Shown piece by piece: positions 45,981 through 55,100 of a stretch of DNA of 64,000 bases. The notes under the pieces are model-generated. The model was given only the letters and a program-made list of their open reading frames with translations. It ran no database searches and was not told the origin of the DNA. The position numbers were made by a program, and so were the translations under genes. Origin of the DNA: a virus (lineage: Duplodnaviria > Caudoviricetes); the IMG/VR virus record IMGVR_UViG_3300034161_000018, positions 64,001-128,000 of that record; one strand, given 5' to 3'. Position 1 is the stretch's first letter; every line of letters starts with the position of its first letter.

Positions 45981-47118
45981 TCTTGTCTTCGGATTCAAAA
46001 CTGGCGATTAGAGTCAGCGTCGCCTTGTCCGCTTCGGTTTGAAACGCGAAGCTGGAAGACGCGCCCCGTACATGGTACAGCGCGAGCGGTACAGTCTTTT
46101 TGTCTTTCACTTTCCGGAACAAGTCCATGAAAATGCGCGGGTCAACGTGCAAGTCGATTTGGTCGCCCTGCACCGCAGTTTTGAAAGAGTCAGAAACCGA
46201 ACCGCGTGGCGTACTCACTTCAATCAAAACGTTTTTCTTGCCGACACGCATTGTCATCTTCGTGTCTTTCTCGACCAGCGCAAACATATTCTCAACCGAG
46301 CCGACGGCGTTGGTGTCAAACACAAAACTGGAGGCCGGATTGGTCAACAGCTTTTTGTAGGTCGAAGTCACTTCGTACATATTGTCTTCGGCTTGCGTTT
46401 CCGGAATCGAAAGCAGGAAGTCCGGGCCGTCAACACGCAGGCGACCATTCGCACATTCAAACTTCGCCTTACCGCCAGCAACGAATTTGTCGATCAGGTC
46501 GAAAGCTTTGGTTGGCAGAGCCATCCGCATCTTGAAGTCCGATTTCGTTTTGTACTGGTATTCGGCGAGGTGGTAGTTGTCGAAACACGCGACCACGATG
46601 CGCTTTTCCCGAATGTCGATCAGCGCGACCAGTTCTTCATCCGAAAAGAAGTTTTGCAGACTGACCTGTTTCACGCCCGCTTTCATGATTGCGGTTTGTT
46701 CGGCGCTCAGCGATTTGGATTTGGTCGGAGTCAGGTATTGCTGCAACATCGCAATATCTTTGTCGTCGAAGTCCAGCGGTTCAACGTTCGCTTTGTAGCG
46801 ACCTTTCTTTTCTTCGATTTTCAGTTTGCCCTGCACGTCCAGATGCAAGTCACCTCGACCTTTCACAACACCGCAAAGCAGGTCGGCGTCGATTGCGATT
46901 GTGCCTTCGTTAATGGGTTCCGCATCTTTGATTTTGATGCAGGCCATTGCGTCGGTTGATGTTCCGATTGCGTATACACCGCCATTCATGCAAGCGATTA
47001 CAAACTTTCCGTCATCCGCTTTCACGTAGGACACTACGGCTTTTACGCGACCGAATGCGGCCACGATTTCTTTACCGATTCCGTTAAAGGCCAGACCGGT
47101 ATTGGAAACGAGTTTCAA
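45967..47118 (-). CDS. dnaN: DNA polymerase sliding clamp, bacterial beta-clamp-like
   Basis: 383 aa with a threefold beta-alpha repeat; IVVACFDNYHL (cf. xATDGHRL), MALPTKAFDLI (cf. IIPxKxxxEL), LHVDPRIFMDLF (cf. FNxxYLxDxL). Confidence 0.65.
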   Translation of the reverse strand: MKLVSNTGLAFNGIGKEIVAAFGRVKAVVSYVKADDGKFVIACMNGGVYAIGTSTDAMACIKIKDAEPINEGTIAIDADLLCGVVKGRGDLHLDVQGKLKIEEKKGRYKANVEPLDFDDKDIAMLQQYLTPTKSKSLSAEQTAIMKAGVKQVSLQNFFSDEELVALIDIREKRIVVACFDNYHLAEYQYKTKSDFKMRMALPTKAFDLIDKFVAGGKAKFECANGRLRVDGPDFLLSIPETQAEDNMYEVTSTYKKLLTNPASSFVFDTNAVGSVENMFALVEKDTKMTMRVGKKNVLIEVSTPRGSVSDSFKTAVQGDQIDLHVDPRIFMDLFRKVKDKKTVPLALYHVRGASSSFAFQTEADKATLTLIASFESEDKNEED

Positions 47119-47444
47119 TGTAGAACTCCTTGGCTATGGGAGAACGGCGCGTTTGGATTCTCGAAAAACACGTCGAAGTAAAAGATGGCTTTACCGTTTT
47201 CCAAGCGCCAGTACATGACAATGGGAAACTCGAATTTGTTTTGCAGGCTGGCTTCCATTACCCGGCACACGTTTTCCAGTCCGTCTTCACGCTCAAACTG
47301 GTTTTCGTTAAACAGGTGGGAGTTGCGGAGAGAAACGGCAGCGAACTTAATCGCCGCCTGAAAGTCTTCCTCTGCTAGATAGCGCCGCGTGCTTTCCCCG
47401 AGTTTGATTTGAATATTCGTCGGTAGATCATCGGCTGCAATCAT
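47115..47444 (-). CDS. hypothetical protein
   Basis: Coupled ORF. Confidence 0.6.
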   Translation of the reverse strand: MIAADDLPTNIQIKLGESTRRYLAEEDFQAAIKFAAVSLRNSHLFNENQFEREDGLENVCRVMEASLQNKFEFPIVMYWRLENGKAIFYFDVFFENPNAPFSHSQGVLH

Positions 47445-47446
47445 GG

Positions 47447-47905
47447 CTACGCTTCCGGTGGCGCTTTCACAAACGCAAAGGTCAGGTAATGAGATTCAGC
47501 ACACCGTTCGTTTTGCAAATTCAACACCATGACATGGTGGTTGGACTCGACAACGGTTGGGGAGTTTATACGTTCATCGCCAATCAACTGGAAACGCAAA
47601 GCGAGCCTTGCCGAATCCGGCAAGCGTTCTTCGCGCAAGCGGGTCAGGATTTGCGTCATGTAGACTTCGGCCTGCTTGCGGGTAAACGCGTCGTTTGGTT
47701 CATGTTCCGACTGTTCGTAAAACGTCTGCATTTCTTTGTCTGCATCTAACAGCAGGTCAAAGATCGCAACGCATTCCCCGGCGAAGGCCCGCCCCAGTAT
47801 GTACCGGGGCATTGCAAAGTTTTCGTGATTGCGTGTTTCGTTTGTGATCGGTCGGAAGTAATCCAGAACCGAGTTACCGCCGAAATCAGCATAGGTGCCG
47901 AACAT
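47447..47905 (-). CDS. hypothetical protein
   Basis: Follows the polymerase stop. Confidence 0.6.
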   Translation of the reverse strand: MFGTYADFGGNSVLDYFRPITNETRNHENFAMPRYILGRAFAGECVAIFDLLLDADKEMQTFYEQSEHEPNDAFTRKQAEVYMTQILTRLREERLPDSARLALRFQLIGDERINSPTVVESNHHVMVLNLQNERCAESHYLTFAFVKAPPEA

Positions 47906-47906
47906 A

Positions 47907-50900
47907 TCAAGCTGCCTTTTTCAGAGAAGACTTTTTCTTCGCCTTCTTGTCCTTCGACTTTTTGTCTTTGGCCTTTTGGAAACTGAAAACGTTGTCGTTC
48001 CCTTTCTTTTCCAAGAAGCGTTTCTGTTTGTGTGCCCACTCTGGCGCGTGGTCTTCAAAGCCCGAATGAATCAGCTTGAGGATTTTCGCTTTGTCGATCT
48101 TGTGGCCGAGGTCGTCGATCTGCCCCTGCAACGTCGCTTCCAGAAGTGTGTCCAATGCCGCTTTATCTTTTTGCGGGAACGTGCCGGTCAAAGCGTAGTT
48201 CCAGCCTTCGCAATCTTTCAGCGTGTGACCAATATCGAAGTCGATTTCCAACGGAATGATTAGGTCGAAGTCGTGGCGCGCTTTCACCACTTTCGCAACT
48301 TCGTGCGTCAAACCATTTTCGATAATCTTGATCGCCAGCCAGAAGTCTTCGTAAGCACAACTGAATTCAAGGGAGTCATGCACCGAGTTTGCCTGATAGA
48401 AATCAGGGTAGTGTCCGGTTGCGTCGTAGTGTTCGTATTTCAATCGTTCGATGTTTCGCGCACCGATCATCATGAAGTCAGAACCCATGCCCTGTACTGG
48501 AGAGTTTACAGATTGTCGTTCGTTCCGCGCAAAGATTGGATCGTGGTTTTCGTGCGACTTCGGAACCAACAAGCCCCAAAGGTTACGGCGTCGGCCCAAT
48601 GGCGATTCAACAAAAAGATTTGCCCGCGCTTTCTGTTTGATAAGGTCGAACCAACCGGCGCCGACAGGGAACCGTTTGAAGAACTTCTTGGTCAATTCTT
48701 CAACCACTTCAACCGTGGCCTTGATCGACTTCGCCGTACCTTTAGCAGATTGCTGGTAAATCAAACCGAAGATTACTTGCTTAACGCTGTCTCGTTTCGG
48801 TTTATCAATCGTCGCAATATCCATACGGAAGAAGTATGCGGCGTTGATTTTGTGAACGTCACCTTTCAGTTCGATTTCGGCCCCGAGTTCCGGAGTCGGT
48901 TTACGTTTGAATGCTTCGCGCAAATCCAGACCAACACGGAAGGCGTCGGCAACCCCAACGTCGCCAGAAATAATCGACCAGCCGCGAACTTCGTGCGCCG
49001 CGTAGTCCACCTTCACAATCATGCGGCCCTTTTCCGCAACGAAAAGCCGTTTGATGTTTTTGCCCATTTGCCCGCGACTTGGAATCTGTTGCAGGCTTGG
49101 CTTTTTCGCAGACGTTCGACCAGTCACAACATCGAGATAACCGAAGCGCGGTCGAATGCGTGTGTCGTAACGCATGTCCGCATCGGTGCCCCATTGTCGA
49201 ATAAACGATTTCACATAAGCGTTGTACAGCTTATTGAGTTTCGTCAGTTCGTTATAGAGTTTTACTTCCTCAATGTCTTTGTACTTGTCTTGGAAGTCTT
49301 TGTCGATCTTCCCGGTGCCGTCCTTTTTCATGAAGATCGGTTTGAGGCCGAGCACTTCAAAGAACAGCTTCTGTTTGTGTTCCTCTTTGCGGATGTTGAA
49401 AATTTGCAGATTGACGCGACCAAACAACCCAACAGCCGGAGCGCCGGATTCCTTGATAAGCAGCGTATTGGTTTTCTGTACGCCTTTGGTTGCGTTGAGC
49501 GCTTTGATTACCCGCGCCCGTTCCGAAACAATCGGGCTGTCTTGCGACTTCAACTTAAACAGCCAGTCAATGTCGATATACGCGCCGTTATACTCAAGGT
49601 TTCCGAGAGCGTGAACAAGGTCGGAAAGCTGTTCGCCAACAACCGATTGATACTTGTCGTAACCGAAGTCTTTCGCTTTGCGGATTTGCAGTTTGCGAAT
49701 GTGATGCAGCACAATCACGTCGAGGGCCATGTACGTCAGCACTGGCCCTTCCAAATCCTGATCCACAATCGTGGCGCGCTTTTCCTTTCCGAAATCGGAT
49801 TCGTAATAGGCGCGGCAGCCATACTGCATGGTGATGTTGAGTAGGCTGTAATAGTTTTTGCCGGTAACGGATTGCAGGAATTTCATGTTTTCGTCGATGG
49901 CAAACTCACCGGCGAATACGTCCCAAATGTCGGACTTGAAATAACGCACACCCAAGTCACGCCGGGCGCAGTTCATGTCGAACGCGGCGTTGGCGTAAAT
50001 CTGAGTTTTGTTTTTGTTGGTGCGCTCGAAATACAGCCGAAGCTTTTTCTTGATGTACGCGATTTCATCCGGCATAAACGTTGAGTCTTTATGCAGGAAC
50101 GGCAGAATGTACGCGTGATCGGCGCGAGTGGAGAACTGCCATGTCAGCGTGGCGTTCATCCGCTTGTAAAGGTTTTTGGTTTCCGAGTCAATCGCCACGA
50201 CTTTTGCGCTGCAAATGTCTTTGTACATGGCGTTGAATTTCTTGATCGTGTCAACGACTTCGATCTTGTATTCCAGTTTCGGAATTTCGTAAACCAGTTT
50301 ACCGCGATTGAGTGCCGTGGTCATGTTGCGACCGGCATACCCAATCACTGCCAACGAACCGCCCTTGTTGTCGCCGGTCAACAGCGTGTGCAAACTTACG
50401 GTCGGAACGTGTTGGAATTTGTGCGTTGCTTCTTTGTGCGTAACAGTTGTTTCAATCGGCACACCATAGAAGTGCTGATACTGCACACCGTCTTTGCCTT
50501 TGTACTTTTCCAGAAACGCGCCGTTCAACGCTTTGTATGGGTCAGGCCCGAAGGTCATCACCACTTCTGGTTTGTATTGCGTGATAATGTAGTCGAGACG
50601 TTTTTTGAAATCGCGGTGCGCTTCCTCTTTGAAGCCGTCCGACATACCTTGCGTTTTCAAGGAGTGGTACGACACCGCCAGCCAATCGCGTTCGTCAATA
50701 TCCGGAGCGCCGTAAACATCAGTGGCAACTTCCAGAATGTTCGCCAGCAATTCGCCGGTCGGGCCTTTCAGAAGTTGGGCACTACGCAACGACTCGCGGG
50801 GCGTGTAGTCGAGCACAAACAAAATCTTTGGAGCTTTCTTCTTTCGGTGCTTCGCCAGTTCGACGTAACTAAAGTCCGTGAACTCATGGCTACGCAGCGA

Positions 50901-50945
50901 TTTGCTGTAGCGGAAATCAGAGAAAGGAATATGTTCGTAGTGCAT
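47907..50945 (-). CDS. polA: family A DNA polymerase with N-terminal UDG-like domain and 3'-5' exonuclease
   Basis: ExoI AIDSET, ExoII NAAFD, ExoIII YMALD; TGRTSAKKPSLQQIP; motif A DYAAHEVR; motif B RDSVKQVIFGLIY; motif C VHDSL. N-terminal KILFVLD...LLKGPTG...L resembles family-4 UDG. Confidence 0.92.
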   Translation of the reverse strand: MHYEHIPFSDFRYSKSLRSHEFTDFSYVELAKHRKKKAPKILFVLDYTPRESLRSAQLLKGPTGELLANILEVATDVYGAPDIDERDWLAVSYHSLKTQGMSDGFKEEAHRDFKKRLDYIITQYKPEVVMTFGPDPYKALNGAFLEKYKGKDGVQYQHFYGVPIETTVTHKEATHKFQHVPTVSLHTLLTGDNKGGSLAVIGYAGRNMTTALNRGKLVYEIPKLEYKIEVVDTIKKFNAMYKDICSAKVVAIDSETKNLYKRMNATLTWQFSTRADHAYILPFLHKDSTFMPDEIAYIKKKLRLYFERTNKNKTQIYANAAFDMNCARRDLGVRYFKSDIWDVFAGEFAIDENMKFLQSVTGKNYYSLLNITMQYGCRAYYESDFGKEKRATIVDQDLEGPVLTYMALDVIVLHHIRKLQIRKAKDFGYDKYQSVVGEQLSDLVHALGNLEYNGAYIDIDWLFKLKSQDSPIVSERARVIKALNATKGVQKTNTLLIKESGAPAVGLFGRVNLQIFNIRKEEHKQKLFFEVLGLKPIFMKKDGTGKIDKDFQDKYKDIEEVKLYNELTKLNKLYNAYVKSFIRQWGTDADMRYDTRIRPRFGYLDVVTGRTSAKKPSLQQIPSRGQMGKNIKRLFVAEKGRMIVKVDYAAHEVRGWSIISGDVGVADAFRVGLDLREAFKRKPTPELGAEIELKGDVHKINAAYFFRMDIATIDKPKRDSVKQVIFGLIYQQSAKGTAKSIKATVEVVEELTKKFFKRFPVGAGWFDLIKQKARANLFVESPLGRRRNLWGLLVPKSHENHDPIFARNERQSVNSPVQGMGSDFMMIGARNIERLKYEHYDATGHYPDFYQANSVHDSLEFSCAYEDFWLAIKIIENGLTHEVAKVVKARHDFDLIIPLEIDFDIGHTLKDCEGWNYALTGTFPQKDKAALDTLLEATLQGQIDDLGHKIDKAKILKLIHSGFEDHAPEWAHKQKRFLEKKGNDNVFSFQKAKDKKSKDKKAKKKSSLKKAA

Positions 50946-50976
50946 GACAATTCCATGAGGTGGAGTAACCAATGGA

Positions 50977-50987
50977 GTTTACAGTTT
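50977..50987 (-). promoter_or_regulatory. candidate phage promoter motif AAACTGTAAAC (copy 3)
   Basis: Intergenic, downstream of a terminator; ends 31 nt before the polA ATG at 50945, the same spacing as copy 1. Confidence 0.55.
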
Positions 50988-51005
50988 TCAAAAGGGCCAG
51001 AAACG

Positions 51006-51035
51006 AAAAAAGGGGAACCGCAATGGCTCCCCTTT
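51006..51035 (-). terminator. rho-independent terminator
   Basis: AGGGGAGCC-ATTGC-GGTTCCCCT then TTTTT; the G-U pair fits the minus strand. Confidence 0.75.
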
Positions 51036-51043
51036 CTATTTCG

Positions 51044-51565
51044 TTACCACGGTTGCGGCGCTGTCAGCTTCACGTAGTTCATGAATTGCTCACAGCGGAT
51101 TCGGTGCTGTTCATGTTTCGGATAGGCCGCATGGATTCGCGCAAACGATCCCAACAGTTCCTGTGCATGAATCGGCTCGCCCAGCCGCCCGTAAACTTCC
51201 CAATTAATCGGCAGGTCGTGGAATGAATGTTCGTTCCCGTCCAACAGAATAACCGGCTCGCTTTGCGGGCGCGGGTCGATGAAGCCAACGTAATTCGGTT
51301 TGTCTTTCCAGTAAAGGATCGCGCTCACCAAATCAAGATCGCCCAACGGAATTGCCTTAACCAATGGCAGGTTTTGAATACGGCGGGTATCACGCTCGCC
51401 AGAACCCAAACCGAAAAAACCGAAAGCATCAGAACTCAAATGCCCCGGAATCAGATTCGGTAGGTTGGTGCTCAGCAGGCGATAGATGCGCCCCGTATTC
51501 TTGTTTTTGAATTCAGCGTAATGAAGTGCAACTTCACTCCGCCGCATTTTCGGCAGCCTCGGCAA
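51044..51565 (-). CDS. hypothetical protein
   Basis: 173 aa ORF ending at the terminator. Confidence 0.6.
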   Translation of the reverse strand: MPRLPKMRRSEVALHYAEFKNKNTGRIYRLLSTNLPNLIPGHLSSDAFGFFGLGSGERDTRRIQNLPLVKAIPLGDLDLVSAILYWKDKPNYVGFIDPRPQSEPVILLDGNEHSFHDLPINWEVYGRLGEPIHAQELLGSFARIHAAYPKHEQHRIRCEQFMNYVKLTAPQPW

Positions 51566-52004
51566 CTACGCCAGCGTCACCTTTCGGGCCGTCGTTTCCG
51601 ACAACGCCAATCGAACGGCCTTTGCGGTCGTAAGCCACGCCGTCTTCAACGTAACCGCCGTCACCGTTTTTGTTGTAAACCCGATTCGATTTCTTCGGGC
51701 CGTCAACCGAAACGTCGGTTTGCTTTTGTTGCTTTTTCAAAATCTCCGACGCCTTTTCAGGAGTCAGACCACGGTGCCACAGCAGACCTTCGACATTCCA
51801 CTGGCAACCCTTTGGAAGTTTTGCGCGGTGGGTAAAAGGCAAACCGTTGTTCGGCGCCGCTGGAATGAATGCGTCATCGCACTCGAAACGGCGTTTTGCG
51901 CTGATCGAATCGCCAGACCAGATACCGTCAATTGGCCCTTTGTAAAAGCCAAGAAACGCGAGGACTAACTGTTGCGCGCAAAGTTCTGTTTGACTGTACT
52001 GCAT
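51534..52004 (-). CDS. peptidoglycan-binding-domain protein without catalytic domain
   Basis: Start MQYS at 52004 (AAGGAG RBS); QQLVLAFLGFYKGPIDGIWSGDSISAKRRFE fits PG_binding_1. Confidence 0.65.
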   Translation of the reverse strand: MQYSQTELCAQQLVLAFLGFYKGPIDGIWSGDSISAKRRFECDDAFIPAAPNNGLPFTHRAKLPKGCQWNVEGLLWHRGLTPEKASEILKKQQKQTDVSVDGPKKSNRVYNKNGDGGYVEDGVAYDRKGRSIGVVGNDGPKGDAGVVAEAAENAAE

Positions 52005-52161
52005 TGCGAATCTCCTTTTTGGTGGGGCCGGGTGGCCCAGCCAGTGGGTTTGGTTTACCGCCATGCAAATGCGACGGCCAGTAGTCGGGGCCGGGAATTC
52101 CCGGTTCGCCCGGTGGGCCTACTTCACCAACATAGTTTGGGCCACACACGTTTTTCACCAT
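51928..52161 (-). CDS. possible small collagen-like peptide (77 aa)
   Basis: GEVGPPGEPGIPGPD and GPPGPT; weak RBS and 77-nt overlap with the next gene. Confidence 0.35.
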   Translation of the reverse strand: MVKNVCGPNYVGEVGPPGEPGIPGPDYWPSHLHGGKPNPLAGPPGPTKKEIRNAVQSNRTLRATVSPRVSWLLQRAN

Positions 52162-52170
52162 TTGGAAAGT

Positions 52171-52185
52171 GGGCCGTCCTTGGCC
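52171..52185 (-). terminator. possible terminator after giant helicase gene
   Basis: GGGCC-5 nt-GGCCC hairpin with a short T-run. Confidence 0.4.
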
Positions 52186-52192
52186 CGGTTGA

Positions 52193-55100
52193 TTACTTGG
52201 CGTCTTTCGGCGAACGCGGTTTGCGGAACTTGATTTCGGCCAACTCTTTGTTGGCTTCTTTCTCGTTGCTAATCACGTAACCGTTCCGTTTGATTTCTGC
52301 CATTTTCTCTTTCACTTGCGTTTTACCGTCAGCGAAGAAGAACCAGTGACCGTCGCTCAACTGCCATTTCGACGCCGCGCCCGGAACCAGTTTGCCAATG
52401 TGTTTCCGAATGGCAGGGCTGGTGGCGGTATCGACGGCGAGCATCAGTTCGTCGGCCATGAAAATCGGATAAATCCGAATCTCTTTCCGGTTGGTGACGA
52501 TTTTCTTCCGAGTAGCAAAGAACATCGGCATCGTGGACGGAGCAGCCAATTCCAAACTGTACAGGCCGCGCTTGCCCGGTTCAAAAGCATCTTGAACATC
52601 GTTCAAACGAGCTTCGGTTTGTTTCGACAACTCGAAATGTTCTTCGAGGTAATCGAAAATCGCAGCCAAGTTGTTGTAACGCTTCACGGTGATAAACGCA
52701 TACTCGCCGCTGAATTTGAAACCGAGCTTTTTCAGGTTTACATCTGGCCCTTCAAACTCGCCTTCCAGCGTGAGATAACCGTGGTTGAACGCAGGGTGAA
52801 CTTGAACAGTGTTGTCGCCCGCAACAACTGGCGTCACACCGCTTTTGATTTTCTTGTCCACGTTTGCGTCAAACGTTACGCCTTGGTTTACGGGTTTGCC
52901 TTCCTTGATGTTTTCTTTTCGCTTGTCACCAGCCTCCTTTGCACGAATGCGCGTGGTTGCAGTGGCAGCTTCGCGTTTCCGCTTGGCTTCGCGATCCCGT
53001 TCTTCCTGTTCTTCCTGTTCGCGCAATTGCTTGTCGAGTTTGGCTTCTTTCTTCAAATCCGCGTCACGGTAGTTCAGCGAAACTTCAAAGTGTTCATTCC
53101 AGTCCATCGACGAAACGGTAGCGCTCGGCGTGTAAACCGCGCCCAATACGTCGAACGTCATTACCTGTTCGGCGCCATCGAGTGGGTTTTTGAATTTCAC
53201 TTTCACCGAAGAAACAGGGTTGTCCGGATTGTTCCGCAGACGGCACGAAACGATACGGCCAGTACCGAAGTCGGTAATCACCGGCAAGCCGATTAGACCT
53301 TTGTTCGGATCAAGACGAATTTCGTCACTGTTGGAAATCAGTTTTTCAATGCTGATTGGTTTCCAACCGTTCGGATCGGGAATATCTTGGTTGGCAACAA
53401 ACGGAACGCGGATTGTCGCCGAACCAGCCAGCGAAGCTTGGGCTGCAATCGGAATCAAACCGGCTTGGCCGTTGACGCGCATTTCGTTAAACTCTTTCCG
53501 TTCAACACCATTCAACGCCGCATAAGCACGCTGCATGCCGAAGTACGGTTCGTCTTCCAGACGCGAGCGGTTACGCAACGCCTCGACACCCATGCCAAGT
53601 TCTGGCATTTCTTCGTGGGTCGGAACATTGAAGCGTTTGAACACCGGCTGATAAAGCGGGTTTTCACTTTCTTCAACGCGGGTAGTCGAGAACACTTTGG
53701 AAATAACCCGCGCCTGTTTGGCGACTTCCATTGTGTTGTCGGCGAGAACCCAATCGAGATAAATAATGTCGCGGTAAAGTTCGCCTTTGCCGTCTGCTTT
53801 CTCGGTTGCGCCTTTCGGGTCTGGTCGGAAAATACGCGCACTGGTCTGATCCAGTTCGCCCGGCCCCCACGGACTTTCCGCACGAATAATGCGGCTAGCC
53901 ATTTGCAGGTTGTGACCTTCGGACATACCTTGTTCGTTGGCAATCAGAATTGTACGGCGTGGATCGGTTTTGAATTCCTCAAAGCCTTTCCATTTGTTGC
54001 CGTTCTTGCCAGTGAAGACGGTTGCTTGTTTCTGGTATTCCGGAGGCAACGCATCGAAAACTGCCTGCGCCGAATCCGTGTAACGGGTGATGATGATTAC
54101 TTTGCCGAGCGGTTCTTTTTTCCAAACGGTCGGATTCTTGTCTGGCGCGATACCGATTGTTTCATCCGGCAGCGGCAGCAAAGCATCAGTGCTTGGGTCA
54201 AGTTTCCGCGCCAGCCACCAATCGCCTTTGTAAACAACGAGGTCGTATTCGTTGTAATGACGCGTGGTTGGATTTCCGTTTTTGTCATAAGTTGCCATGA
54301 CGCCTTCGGAAGTCCAAGCTGGTGGGTTGAAGTGACGTTCAACCAACTTGGCAATGTATTTTGCTTTTCGGGAAGTGTAACGCTTGCCTTCACCGAAAAT
54401 GTTTTTGTACAACGGGTCGTGTTCTGGAGCGATAATCATCCGCTCGAAACGCGCCATGTATTCCTTGAACGCTTCGGCGTCCACACCTTCCGGAAGACCG
54501 TCAGCAACGTCATCCACGCGGCTAGAGCCACCGGCGTTTTCGTCCATCTTTTCTTCTTTTTCTTCGGAATCAGTGTTGCGCTTCCGGGTATCGTTTACCG
54601 ATTTTGCTTTGGCAAACAATTCCTTGATCGCTTCCTCAGTGATTTCGAGAACGGTGCTGTACAACTGTTCGTGCAGTTCCTGATCCGCACGTTCCGGGCC
54701 AGAAGCTTTGTCGTCCACCAACGGAATACCGTGGAAACGTTCGATTGGAGAAGGCAACATCCACGCCCACTCTTTTCGTTTCTTGTAAACGACAGCGCCG
54801 TAACGTCCGAGTTTTTCCCGCGCACGCGACGGAGTACCGGCTTGCCACGTTGGGATTTTCTCACCGCCCAATTTCAGGCGACGTTCTTCGGCTTCTGCAT
54901 CTTCCACTTTCAGGTCGGACAATTCGCCCGCACGGAAAATGTGTGGAGAATACAGATTCACTTGCGCTTCCAAGTCGGCAGGCGTGTTCGGCATCAGAGT
55001 ACCGGACGCAATACGCAACCATTTAACGAAAGTCGCAGTGGTCACAGCTTTCACAATTTTGTGACGCTGGCTGGCGTTGTTTTTCAGTTTGTGCGATTCG

